Positions 49,831 through 59,885 of a stretch of DNA of 64,000 bases are shown one piece after another. Every line of letters starts with the position of its first letter. The stretch's first letter is position 1. Origin of the DNA: Euryarchaeota archaeon UBA86 (GTDB lineage Archaea; Thermoplasmatota; Poseidoniia; Poseidoniales; Thalassarchaeaceae); contig DAQX01000008.1 of the NCBI GenBank assembly GCA_002503055.1, positions 81,439 to 145,438 of the forward strand. Direction: 5' to 3'. The notes beneath the pieces were generated by a model. It saw only the letters and a list, made by a program, of their open reading frames with translations. It did no database searches and was not told where the DNA came from. The position numbers and the translations under genes are program-made.

Positions 49831-51294
49831 TCACCTTCGGTAGTTTGGAGCCTCACGAGTAATTTCTACATCGTGGACATGGCTCTCGGACAAGCCCGCG
49901 TTAGTGATTCGAACAAAGTTGCAATTCGACTTCATCTCGGCTATGGATCCGTTTCCGGTGTATCCCATTGAAGATCGTAGGCCTCCGACCATCTGATAGA
50001 TTACATTGTCAACTGGTCCTCGCGCAGGCACTCTGCCCTCGATTCCCTCTGGAACATACTTGCTCGTGTCTCCTTGTTCTGACTGGAAGTATCTGTCATG
50101 CGCTCCTTCGCTCATCGCTCCAACAGAACCCATTCCTCTGTATACCTTGTACGAGCGACCCTGATACAGGATTGTCTCTCCAGGAGACTCATCGGTACCT
50201 GCCAGAACTGAGCCGGCCATCACGCAGTCAGCTCCGGCAGCAATCGCCTTGGCGATATCGCCGCTGTACTTGATGCCACCATCCGCAATGACAGGAATGT
50301 CATTCTTGCCGCACTCAGAGACAACTCCTAGGACCGCAGTTAGTTGTGGTACTCCAACGCCTGAGACGATTCTTGTTGTACAAATAGAGCCTGGGCCTAT
50401 GCCGACCTTGACGGCATTAGCGCCGGCATCTACCAGCATGTCGGCAGCCGCTCCAGTGGCGATGTTGCCCGCAACTATCTGCACCTTGTCTGGCGCTTGG
50501 CTGCGAATCTCTCTGACAGTTTCGATTACGCCGTGCGAGTGCCCGTGAGCGGTATCGACGATGACTGCGTCCGCTCCTGCCTCGAATAGTGCGAGGGCTC
50601 GCTCAACTCCCTTTTCGCCAGTGCCTGTAGCAGCAGCAACTCTCAGTCTGCCTTGATTATCCTTGCATGAGTCGGGGTTGTCTCGGCTTCGCTGGATGTC
50701 TCTCACCGTCATCATACCAGCGCATCCGCCGTCATCATCGACCACTACGAGTTTCTCGATTCGGTGCTTGTGCAGGAGTCGCTTGGCCTCCTCGGAATTC
50801 ACGCCCTCGGGGACAGTAACGACATCTGTAGTCATCATAGACGAGACCTTTTCCGAATCGTCTGAGACGAATCTAATGTCTCGATTGGTGATGATTCCTA
50901 CTAGGATTCCCGAGTCATCTACAACCGGGAAGCCAGAGAATCCATTCTGAGATTTCATTCGACGCAGTTCTCCAATACTGCTCTCAGGTGATACGGTGAT
51001 GGGATCAAGAACTAGGCCTGACTCAAATCGCTTGACGCGGTACACCTCAGAAGCTTGGGCCTCAGCGCTCATGTTTCGATGGATGACTCCAATCCCGCCG
51101 GCCTGAGCCATGGCGATTGCCATGTCACTCTCGGTGACAGTATCCATAGCTGCGGAAATCAGTGGAATGTTGAGTTTTATTGAATTCGTTAGTCTCGAAG
51201 AAATGTCAACTTCGGCAGGTAGGACGGCTGATTCGGCCGGCATCAAAAGGACATCATCGAAGGTCAGTGCTTCCGGTATGCCTTCTTGCGCCAT
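49831..51294 (-). CDS. guaB: IMP dehydrogenase
   Basis: [20 protein letters not shown] pair, [17 protein letters not shown] and PEGIEG motifs. Confidence 0.97.
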   Translation of the reverse strand: MAQEGIPEALTFDDVLLMPAESAVLPAEVDISSRLTNSIKLNIPLISAAMDTVTESDMAIAMAQAGGIGVIHRNMSAEAQASEVYRVKRFESGLVLDPITVSPESSIGELRRMKSQNGFSGFPVVDDSGILVGIITNRDIRFVSDDSEKVSSMMTTDVVTVPEGVNSEEAKRLLHKHRIEKLVVVDDDGGCAGMMTVRDIQRSRDNPDSCKDNQGRLRVAAATGTGEKGVERALALFEAGADAVIVDTAHGHSHGVIETVREIRSQAPDKVQIVAGNIATGAAADMLVDAGANAVKVGIGPGSICTTRIVSGVGVPQLTAVLGVVSECGKNDIPVIADGGIKYSGDIAKAIAAGADCVMAGSVLAGTDESPGETILYQGRSYKVYRGMGSVGAMSEGAHDRYFQSEQGDTSKYVPEGIEGRVPARGPVDNVIYQMVGGLRSSMGYTGNGSIAEMKSNCNFVRITNAGLSESHVHDVEITREAPNYRR

Positions 51295-51473
51295 TAGGGA
51301 TGGCCTATGGCGCCTGTACTTCAACGATTCGTAAATTGATAGTTTGGAGAATATATGGGGAGAAAAATCGGAGTTTCAGATGGTGAGAAAATGAAAAGAG
51401 ACAAAACCATTCCTAGAATTACGATTGGAATAGAGACAGTCTAATCCTGTGCCCCTCTGCGAGGAGCATTAGT

Positions 51474-52133
51474 ATGACCTTCGAAGCACCATATATTCCC
51501 GAGGAGCCTTCTCCTTGGTGGTTGAAAGGACTCGCCATTTTCATGGCATTGATATCGATATTCATGCTTCTCAGTGTGGCTTCTGGAGTACTATCTCCGA
51601 TGTTTGTTGACAGGTTAATTGCTGAAGATTTCGAAGAAATAGAGCCCTATCCTGAAGATGGAACCGATGAGGAGAAGGCCGAGTGGAACGAGACCAATGA
51701 ATTCTGGGATGACATGGTAGAATACATGGACGAGATGATGAGGGTCATGAAGTTCCAAGCGGCACACAGCGGTATTCTTGCCATAATTGGTCTGTTTAGT
51801 GTACCGGTGCTTTGGAGAGGTGACAGGGATCTGGGAATCAAGTTGGTAGGAGTTTGGATAGGAGTGAATCTACTAGGCGGTATGGGTTTGATGTGGATGT
51901 TGACGAGAAGCGGATTATTGATGCCCGAGTTCGCTACTGGTCGAGGAGGCGAGGATTGGGGAGCTAGTGTAGAATTAATGGAAACAATCACTTTGGTTGC
52001 GAGTTGGGGTCAGATTATTTTCTGCAACATTTGCTTCCTAGGAATTTTGGGTCTTGTTGCCAACAAATCAAAACCTCCGACTAGACTGGTTTCTGCTCCT
52101 GTTTCGGATGCAACTATTCCGCCCCAATCTTGA
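51474..52133 (+). CDS. hypothetical membrane protein
   Basis: About 4 TM helices with an acidic loop. Confidence 0.7.
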   Translation: MTFEAPYIPEEPSPWWLKGLAIFMALISIFMLLSVASGVLSPMFVDRLIAEDFEEIEPYPEDGTDEEKAEWNETNEFWDDMVEYMDEMMRVMKFQAAHSGILAIIGLFSVPVLWRGDRDLGIKLVGVWIGVNLLGGMGLMWMLTRSGLLMPEFATGRGGEDWGASVELMETITLVASWGQIIFCNICFLGILGLVANKSKPPTRLVSAPVSDATIPPQS

Positions 52134-52158
52134 AGCATCGTTAACCGGTGCCGGATAC

Positions 52159-52494
52159 ATGGAACAGATGGTGCAAGGCATACTTGTCGTCAATACTGAA
52201 ACAATACCTGGCATGATGATTACAGAAACTCTTGGAGTCGTAAGTGGTTCCACGGTTAGGGCTAAGAATTTGGGCAGAGATATCACTCAGGGCCTTAGGA
52301 ACATCATGGGTGGTGAACTTGTGAAATACACGGAACTGCTTGAGGAGTCTCGTCAAGAGGCAATTGGAAGAATGGTTGCTGAGGCCATGAGCAGAGGGGC
52401 GACTGCAATAGTGAATGTTCGATTTGCTACTTCAGCAGTAACAGCAGGCGCAGCGGAATTGTTTGCCTACGGAACTGCCGTCAAGGCCGAGTAA
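52159..52494 (+). CDS. YbjQ (UPF0145) family protein
   Basis: LGVV.G, GGEL..YT.LL..SR..A..RM, GA.AIV.VRF and AYGTAV motifs. Confidence 0.9.
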   Translation: MEQMVQGILVVNTETIPGMMITETLGVVSGSTVRAKNLGRDITQGLRNIMGGELVKYTELLEESRQEAIGRMVAEAMSRGATAIVNVRFATSAVTAGAAELFAYGTAVKAE

Positions 52495-52507
52495 GGAGGC
52501 TGTTTCT

Positions 52508-53041
52508 ATGGCAGACCCGCCGATTGTTGTACTCGTACTGTCGGTCTGCATATTGCCTTTTTTGCTACTAGCTATCTTCGGAATTCTGTGGTCAGTGGCA
52601 TATCCAGCCATGCTCATCTATGCTGTCTTGTTTAGTGGTCAGAAATTGAATGAGCAGATTGAAGATACAACATCAAGAGAGGTGTCATTGCGTGAATCAT
52701 TGGGTCGCGATCCTCTAACTACGGTCGATGGTGGCTATCGAACTGACATCACTGACTGCGGAGTAGTTTGGGCAGGGGTTGTCTTTGGCCCAAGTCACTG
52801 GCACTTACTAATTGGTAAAATCAACAATCTAATTGGTGGTTCAATTGATATCTTCCAAAAAGTGGTTTCTGCAGGTAGGGCAGAGGCTATGCAAAGACTT
52901 CGGGAGAATGCTGTCGCCAGTGGATGGGACGATGTGATTAATGTGAGGATAGATACTTCTGATATGGCTCCACAAGGTTCGCAATCCAAGGTTAAGGCAG
53001 TCGAAGTCTTCGCCTACGGAACTGGTGTGAAATACGGCTAG
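52508..53041 (+). CDS. membrane-anchored YbjQ-family protein
   Basis: N-terminal TM; GG....R.EA..RL and VINVR.....EV.AYGT.V motifs; AGGAGG RBS. Confidence 0.8.
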   Translation: MADPPIVVLVLSVCILPFLLLAIFGILWSVAYPAMLIYAVLFSGQKLNEQIEDTTSREVSLRESLGRDPLTTVDGGYRTDITDCGVVWAGVVFGPSHWHLLIGKINNLIGGSIDIFQKVVSAGRAEAMQRLRENAVASGWDDVINVRIDTSDMAPQGSQSKVKAVEVFAYGTGVKYG

Positions 53042-54522
53042 GACTCATTGTATATTGGAGTTTGATCCAGATACATTGCGAGATTGAATAGCCACCAAGA
53101 AATCAAGTCGAATGACTCAACTAGATTCTGCACTCCAGTACCGTTGTCTGTCACCATCATGTCAATCATCGTCTCCAGGGTGTCACAAGGGCCATGATAG
53201 CAATCTGAGCCTCCTGTGAGCGAACCGAAATCCATCGAGACCACTCCGAGTTGGTCTGCTATCCTCTCGTAGTCGCTCCTGCCTCTCTGAGACTCGTGTA
53301 CGGAGATAGAGAGTCTCTTCTGATCACTAGAGTCGACATCCTTCATCGAAGCGTAGCCTTCAGTATGGTAAATTTCTCTGCCGAGACGAAGTGCCTCGGC
53401 GATGTCGTTGTTGTTGGATCCTATCCATTCCGTCAGCCTAACCATTGGCCACTGCTCATTGATCTGATTGTCAGTCTCTGGAATGATGTCGACTACTAGG
53501 GTGTAGTAGCCGGGCCAGTTGGTACCTACTGCGTCAGCGTTCAGATAGTTAGAGAGAGTGACTCCTGCGGGGATATTGTCAATCCATCTGTCGACACCGT
53601 CATAGCCGTTCTCCTCGTTGGACCAAAAGCACGCTACGATTGTTCTGCGATGGTCGAACTGAGCTAGTCCTCTAGCTGCCTCTAGAACTAGGGCGACTCC
53701 GGCTCCATTGTCATGCGCACCGATTTGTGAGCCCCCTCCGGGCGGACTTCCTGGCTCGGCGATGTCAAGGTGTGCCCCCAAAACCAACCATTCGTCTGGG
53801 AACATCGTACCCTCCTTGTAGCCGCAGACATTTACTGCGTAGGAGAAGTCGGATATCCAATATCTGTGAACCTGTGCGTCATAACCCATCCCCTGCAATT
53901 CTCCCTGCATGAAATTTGCAGCCCTCATGTATGTTGGGTCATTGAGAGTAAAGGGGCCCCAGCGATGATTGTATCCCGTCTCAGGATCAGCGAATGTCTC
54001 CAGCCACTCGAACACATTGAGTCCGCTGATCAAACCCGTGCTGTGTAACGCTCCATTTTCAACCGTATAAGCAGAATCGTTCTCTCTCACGACTGGGTGT
54101 TCGATGAAGGTGTAAGGTGACTGTTCGAACTCACTCGAATGGAACCACTCGTGCCAACTCTGATTGGTAGCGCGTAGCGACCATTCTTCGCGGCCTAGTG
54201 CCCCTAGGAGGAAGTATGTCGAATTGATGTTTGATGGTGCCAGCATCTCGATGCTGAGCGTACCGGCACCATCGAAGTCGAGGGTTGTGCCATTGACTAC
54301 ATACCCTGACTCGGGATCCAATACCAGATAGGGTACATGGACGCTCATCGAACTGGAAGTGCTGAACTCTACAGCCTGAAATTGCGCACCCACTAGAATG
54401 TCAGGAGTAATCATCAGATCTGTGGATACGATAAGCTCCTCATCTACTTCGGGAGAGAAGCATCCGGTGATTGAGGTGGTTAGTAGCACGAGGGTGAGAC
54501 ATGCCGCAATCACACGGGTCAT
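53038..54522 (-). CDS. M28 family metallopeptidase, lipoprotein
   Basis: Lipobox ITGC; GAHLD, GAHDNGAG, NEENG, LNADAVG, SDY and YH..CDT motifs. Confidence 0.85.
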   Translation of the reverse strand: MTRVIAACLTLVLLTTSITGCFSPEVDEELIVSTDLMITPDILVGAQFQAVEFSTSSSMSVHVPYLVLDPESGYVVNGTTLDFDGAGTLSIEMLAPSNINSTYFLLGALGREEWSLRATNQSWHEWFHSSEFEQSPYTFIEHPVVRENDSAYTVENGALHSTGLISGLNVFEWLETFADPETGYNHRWGPFTLNDPTYMRAANFMQGELQGMGYDAQVHRYWISDFSYAVNVCGYKEGTMFPDEWLVLGAHLDIAEPGSPPGGGSQIGAHDNGAGVALVLEAARGLAQFDHRRTIVACFWSNEENGYDGVDRWIDNIPAGVTLSNYLNADAVGTNWPGYYTLVVDIIPETDNQINEQWPMVRLTEWIGSNNNDIAEALRLGREIYHTEGYASMKDVDSSDQKRLSISVHESQRGRSDYERIADQLGVVSMDFGSLTGGSDCYHGPCDTLETMIDMMVTDNGTGVQNLVESFDLISWWLFNLAMYLDQTPIYNES

Positions 54523-54613
54523 CGTGTCGGATTGGTGTTGACAGTATATCATTTCAGTCGAACAAGGCAGTTTGAAGACAGGATGGCCCCACGCACGCTC
54601 TGAGAGGGAGCAT

Positions 54614-55630
54614 ATGCAAAGTCCAATCACTCGCATCGAGCCGAAAATTGCATCTCGGCTCTCTAAGCAGAAGTATCACCTCGTAGGCGAGCACGGTGGA
54701 GTCAAAGTTTGCCACTGGACTAAGCAGAGTCTGATTGCCGATCGATCCTGCTACAAGGGCACATTCTACGGGATTGAGAGTCATGGTTGTATGCAGATGG
54801 CACCTAATGTCGATACCTGCAACCTAGCCTGTACTTACTGCTGGAGAGAGCCTCACTCCGATACTCTACACAAGATTGATGATGATCCGTACGAGCTGTA
54901 TCTGGAGTCTGTTCGTGCTCAAAGAAGGCTATTGACTGGTTTTGGTGGCAACCCCAAAGCAGACAGGGAAAAATGGCTTGAAGCTCAGAACCCCAAGCAT
55001 GTAGCAATTTCTCTCAATGGCGAACCTACTCTTTACTCGCGACTAGGTGAGTTCCTCGACATCTGCCACCAGCATGGAACCTCAACCTTCCTAGTTACCA
55101 ATGGGAGTCTGCCCAAGGTCATTGAGAATCTCGATCCACTGCCGACTCAGCTGTATGTGAGCGTTGATGCTCCGAATAAGGAGGTCTTCGATAGGCTGTG
55201 TAAACCCAAGTTCGACCAAGCTGCATTCCACAAACTTGAGCAGACTCTAGAGTTGCTTCCAAGCCTAGATACTAGGACAGTATGTAGACACACACTAATC
55301 AAACACGAGTCACTTGGTCATCACGAAGATTACGCTCGCTTGGATAACCTTGCAGATCCTGACTTCATAGAGGCTAAGGGATACGTATACGTAGGCAACA
55401 GCCGAAACAATCTGACTATCGAAAACATGCCTAGTCACGATGATGTGATGGGTTTCTCGCAGCGTTTGGCACCGCTTGTCGGTAGAGAGATTTTGTCCGA
55501 AAGAAGAGAGAGCAGAGTGGCTCTGATTGGTAAAGAAATGATTCCAATCACTCTACCCGAGAAGGTTAGAGAGTTGCCGGCAGACCTGGGAATTGCCAAG
55601 CCGCAGAATCTAGTTTTGCCTCAGGCCTAA
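54614..55630 (+). CDS. taw1: 4-demethylwyosine synthase Taw1/TYW1 (radical SAM)
   Basis: VK.CHW, CYK..FYGI.SH.C.QM.P, CNLACTYCWR, H.AISL.GEPT and TFLVTNG motifs. Confidence 0.95.
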   Translation: MQSPITRIEPKIASRLSKQKYHLVGEHGGVKVCHWTKQSLIADRSCYKGTFYGIESHGCMQMAPNVDTCNLACTYCWREPHSDTLHKIDDDPYELYLESVRAQRRLLTGFGGNPKADREKWLEAQNPKHVAISLNGEPTLYSRLGEFLDICHQHGTSTFLVTNGSLPKVIENLDPLPTQLYVSVDAPNKEVFDRLCKPKFDQAAFHKLEQTLELLPSLDTRTVCRHTLIKHESLGHHEDYARLDNLADPDFIEAKGYVYVGNSRNNLTIENMPSHDDVMGFSQRLAPLVGREILSERRESRVALIGKEMIPITLPEKVRELPADLGIAKPQNLVLPQA

Positions 55631-56616
55631 ACCATAGGACGACTCGAGCCGCACTCAGGGCAGAGTTGCTCCTCACTGTCACCGTAATCATGGAAGCAGG
55701 CAGGACATGTTGCCGCGAGAGTCAACTCTGTTTTACCATCGATGTCTATCCTTTCTTCTGAGACTCTCTCTAGGTTTAGCGAGTCGCGTACGATATCTGG
55801 AATTTCGAATCTACCAGGTCCACCAATCTGCGTGAGAATGTCAGGAGGTAGCGTTACTGTTCCAGTATCGTCGATAATCAACTCGCGGCTGCCAGATAAA
55901 TCGGAGATATCCACATCTGTGCCATGCTGTGCAACGAAGCGACCGTCTCTGAGTTCAAGTGAACGTTCACAGAAAGCAGCAACATCTCTATTGTGAGTAA
56001 CCAAGAAGAATGCCACATCTTCTTCCTTGTGAAGTGTATCGAATAGCTCTAGTACCTCTCTGCTGGTAATCGGGTCTAGAGCCCCTGTTGGCTCATCGGC
56101 GAGAATTAGTTTGGGCTCTGTGATTAGGGCCCGGGCAATAGCAACCCTCTGCTGCTCACCCCCAGAAAGTTCCTCTGGCATTCCACGAGATCGCTCGCCC
56201 ATACCAAGACGATCAAGCAATTCCTGTGCCTTTGCTCTGGCCTCTCTCGGCAGAACGCCCTGATGGCGTAGTGGCTGTGCAACATTGTCCAAGGCGTTTA
56301 GATGAGGGAGTAGATTAGAGTCTTGGAAGATAAACGAGACTGTCTTCTGGCGTAGATCTACCAACTCCTTTCCAGTCAGTCTAGTCATTCTACTGCCTGC
56401 AAGTTCAACCCCTCCTGCTGAAGGCTTCATCAGCCCACCTAGGCACTTCAGAAGAGTTGACTTGCCGGAACCCGAAGGGCCAATCACTGCAACTGCTTCA
56501 CCCTCATAGACAGTCACATGTAGGCCCCTAAGCGCAACTACATTGCCATCTTCAGCTCCCGACTCATAGACATGATAGAGTCCGTCAGATTTGAGAATCT
56601 CTGATCTCTCTTCCAT
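55627..56616 (-). CDS. ABC ATP-binding protein (LolD/MacB-like) with C-terminal extension and Zn ribbon
   Basis: [22 protein letters not shown] and VTH motifs; CPAC...CPEC tail. Confidence 0.9.
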   Translation of the reverse strand: MEERSEILKSDGLYHVYESGAEDGNVVALRGLHVTVYEGEAVAVIGPSGSGKSTLLKCLGGLMKPSAGGVELAGSRMTRLTGKELVDLRQKTVSFIFQDSNLLPHLNALDNVAQPLRHQGVLPREARAKAQELLDRLGMGERSRGMPEELSGGEQQRVAIARALITEPKLILADEPTGALDPITSREVLELFDTLHKEEDVAFFLVTHNRDVAAFCERSLELRDGRFVAQHGTDVDISDLSGSRELIIDDTGTVTLPPDILTQIGGPGRFEIPDIVRDSLNLERVSEERIDIDGKTELTLAATCPACFHDYGDSEEQLCPECGSSRPMV

Positions 56617-56618
56617 CT

Positions 56619-59600
56619 TTACTCCCCCTTCAGTACAACTGCCAAATCAGCCTGTAGAGCCTTGCGTGTGGTGTAAATCAATGCAACCAGAACAGCTACC
56701 AGTACTGATGCATTGACAAGTGCGAGATCGAACCATGGCCATACAAGATCCCTGTCAATAGGAGCGCTCTGTCCAAGGAATATCTGGAAGATATATCCGA
56801 ATACACCGAAGAAACCGTTGAATGATTCTGCGATAGCTAGGCCAAGGAACACTCCGAGAGCCATACTAACAGTTAGAATTGATAGAATCTCAAACAGAAC
56901 AAGTCGTGTTACTTGGTTCGGGCTTGCTCCGATTGCCTGTAAAATTGCTAGTTCTCTCTTCCTCTGGGTCAGGACTAGGGATAGGAATACGAAAGCAGAA
57001 GCGACAGAAGCTAGTGAAGCGACGATGAACTGTAGACTGAGTAGTCCAGGTGTTCCAAATATCAGTCCACCATTACGCTCGTTCTCTCGATGTGCAGTAG
57101 ACCAGTCTTGGGCAGCACTGATTCCATTGCCATTGGTAATCTCTGCATTTACTGCCCGGAGAGCATCAGCACAGTCTCCGTCAGTCTGATCACACAATTC
57201 GAAGAACCATCTTGTAGATGTGTAGGCGTCTGCAGTGGCATTACCAACTAATTGTCTGTATGTAGACTCGCCAATCACAATGGCCTGTTCCGCTTCGGTA
57301 GATGATAGTCCAGGGACCCACTGATGGCGGCCCTGATATTGGATTGCTGACTCAGTAACTGTAGTAGTGATGATGAACTCAAAGTCTGCCCCTATTTCGA
57401 AGTCGTACTCTGTGTATTCAATTGTCTGAGTATTTCCTACTTCAAGATCCTTGAACACATCTACAGCTGCAGAACCAGCTGTGAATGAACCGCTTGACCA
57501 CTCAGAGACAACTGCATCGATGTCATCCCCAGGGATTGTCTGGGTGTCCCAGATTAGAGTATCCTCATGTCCATCAAATAGTACCCATGTCCTGACTAGA
57601 GAGTTCTGACTCTTCGGATTAGTAAAGATGTCAGCAACCGAGGTCATAGAAGAAATATCAGTGATATCGCTATCTCCCGATCTTTGGATTGCTAGCATCA
57701 GCTCATTTCTGGCTTGCTGCTCAGTTACTGGAGAATCAAACTGGACTTGTAGGTCCGATCCTGTCTGAGCTGATGTTGTGCGCTCGTCAACGATGGTCCC
57801 AGTGTATCCCTGCACTGCAGCAAGAGTAACTATCGACAGTGTTAGCAGCATAATTACTGCCAATCGATTGACGGACTCTGAAGATCCTGAACCTCTCAGA
57901 CCCCTTCTGATATCTGATACCGCGGGAGACCACGATAGCAAAGCGGTAAGAATTCGTGGGCCTGCAGCTCCAATCCTTCCCAGAACTAATGCTCCTCCTA
58001 TCCATAGGAAGAAGGGCCCTAGGAGGAACAGTAAGGCTTCAACAATGAAGTTTGAAATTAGGCCCTCGGATCCTATTGAGCCCCATCCTCCATTACCTTC
58101 GATCCAGCTCTCGGCATAGGCTAGAAGTCCGATACCGAAAGATAGGAAATGCAGCAAAGTTCTGGGTTCTCTTGTCTCGGCTACCTTTCTTACTCCTTCA
58201 TCGATCTCGATTCTGAGGAAATCTCTAGTTCTGGTTCTACCGAACAGAAGTGATAAACCGACGGTAAGCAAGATGATTACGATAGTAGTAACCAGACTCA
58301 GGGTCGGATTGATGTCTATCCCGCCCGATCTGAAAGACATGAATCCGACAGCATCGAGAACCAAGGGTACAGAAATTAGTGCGAGAGAATATCCAGCAAA
58401 CCAAGCGAACATGCTGGTGACTGCCAACTCGAGCATTATCATGCCAGTAAGTGTACCTTCTGTGCCGCCGATTACACGGTGGATGGAAATCTCTCTCTTG
58501 CGCTGTTCTAATGATAAAACTAGACCGTAAATCAGAACTGAGAATGAGAGAACAACAATAGGAATCATCAGGATGTAATCGAAAATCTGTATGATTCCAA
58601 GGAATATGTTGAGGAAGGTGATGGTTCCCGAAATTAGGTCGTTGTACTCGACTAGAATACCAAAGCTGGTGTAGTTTCCTGCTTCCATCTGTTCCTTGAG
58701 GTTGTCTAGCCACTTAGTCGCGTCAGCAGTAGATGTGGTTGGTAACTGGCTTCTGTCTACAGCCAAACCGAGGTAACCGTGGTCGTTGTCCATCAGTATG
58801 GTCTTCTGCTCTTCACTGAGGACTGCATCTGTAACCATCAATGGATTGAACAACAAGGTAGGATTTCCTGCACCTCCTTCCTGATATACTGCAGCGATGG
58901 TTAGATTTCGAACTGTCATGGTGACCCGGCAGAACTTGTATGCTCTCTCTCCAGCACTCCATGTGTATTCCTCACCTTGACAATCCTCGAAGTCATCATT
59001 GAGATTGACTCCTGTAAGATATCCAGTGATGTAAGTGAAATTGAGTTCAGATATTGTGTCATTGACACCCACTCCTGCGCTAGAAGCAATCTGAGAGGGT
59101 AGAACGATTGATCGATTAGCAGCAGCGTCTGCTGCACTAGCCGGCCAACTACCATAGATTATCCTAGAGTCCTGTCCTCTGACTGAATGTCGTTCCCCTA
59201 ACTCGCCATCCCAGATTCCGTCACCATAGAAGCGAATTGTTCTGTCACCGTTGATTGGAGGTCCTGATGATAATGCCTCGGGATAATCCCAACTTACATT
59301 TTCCCAATTCCCAGTAGGTCCAGAGGCTTCGATAACATTGAGAGGTTGTGGAACGATGAAATCCTCATCGAAGAAACCGTCAACCCTAACTCCTTGACGT
59401 CCGAAAACAAGTCCACAATCAGAGAATGCATCCATCTGTACAAACTCATCGCATAATGATTCCCAAAGCGCTGAGTCGTTTGTTCGTCCCTCAGCATCCT
59501 CTCCCGGGCCCTCAGAGAAGTCGACCTTAGCGTCGAATATTTCCTCTTGCAGTGAATATTGTAGGAATGCTTGAGACAGACCCACTCCGTATGCAAGTAC

Positions 59601-59885
59601 AGTAGAAATTACCAACGAGGCTAGGAAGACCCCTGCGAATACAGCGAGGACGCGTTCTCTGCTTCGCCACGAGCTCTTTGCTGCCATGACCAAATTATCA
59701 GGTAATGACATCAGTCGTGTTTTCATTGGGAGGTTGTCAACTCTCTCTATTTTCCCGCCACTTATGTCAATATTGAACAGCAAGAGGACACTGGAAATTA
59801 GTCTGAACGGCAAGGAGAGAATTAACTGGAACAATTCCAGAAGTGCCAGAAGCGTTCGACGCCTCCTTCGGCCCAGAAAACTCAT
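56619..59885 (-). CDS. FtsX/MacB-type ABC permease (two permease halves)
   Basis: Two QRKRE...IG motifs; multiple TM helices; two large extracellular loops. Confidence 0.85.
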   Translation of the reverse strand: MSFLGRRRRRTLLALLELFQLILSLPFRLISSVLLLFNIDISGGKIERVDNLPMKTRLMSLPDNLVMAAKSSWRSRERVLAVFAGVFLASLVISTVLAYGVGLSQAFLQYSLQEEIFDAKVDFSEGPGEDAEGRTNDSALWESLCDEFVQMDAFSDCGLVFGRQGVRVDGFFDEDFIVPQPLNVIEASGPTGNWENVSWDYPEALSSGPPINGDRTIRFYGDGIWDGELGERHSVRGQDSRIIYGSWPASAADAAANRSIVLPSQIASSAGVGVNDTISELNFTYITGYLTGVNLNDDFEDCQGEEYTWSAGERAYKFCRVTMTVRNLTIAAVYQEGGAGNPTLLFNPLMVTDAVLSEEQKTILMDNDHGYLGLAVDRSQLPTTSTADATKWLDNLKEQMEAGNYTSFGILVEYNDLISGTITFLNIFLGIIQIFDYILMIPIVVLSFSVLIYGLVLSLEQRKREISIHRVIGGTEGTLTGMIMLELAVTSMFAWFAGYSLALISVPLVLDAVGFMSFRSGGIDINPTLSLVTTIVIILLTVGLSLLFGRTRTRDFLRIEIDEGVRKVAETREPRTLLHFLSFGIGLLAYAESWIEGNGGWGSIGSEGLISNFIVEALLFLLGPFFLWIGGALVLGRIGAAGPRILTALLSWSPAVSDIRRGLRGSGSSESVNRLAVIMLLTLSIVTLAAVQGYTGTIVDERTTSAQTGSDLQVQFDSPVTEQQARNELMLAIQRSGDSDITDISSMTSVADIFTNPKSQNSLVRTWVLFDGHEDTLIWDTQTIPGDDIDAVVSEWSSGSFTAGSAAVDVFKDLEVGNTQTIEYTEYDFEIGADFEFIITTTVTESAIQYQGRHQWVPGLSSTEAEQAIVIGESTYRQLVGNATADAYTSTRWFFELCDQTDGDCADALRAVNAEITNGNGISAAQDWSTAHRENERNGGLIFGTPGLLSLQFIVASLASVASAFVFLSLVLTQRKRELAILQAIGASPNQVTRLVLFEILSILTVSMALGVFLGLAIAESFNGFFGVFGYIFQIFLGQSAPIDRDLVWPWFDLALVNASVLVAVLVALIYTTRKALQADLAVVLKGE

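Noticed and set aside
51325-51473. Purine/AT-rich intergenic stretch as replication origin or ncRNA
   Set aside because: No ORB repeats, cdc6 neighbour or clear structure; consistent with a divergent promoter region
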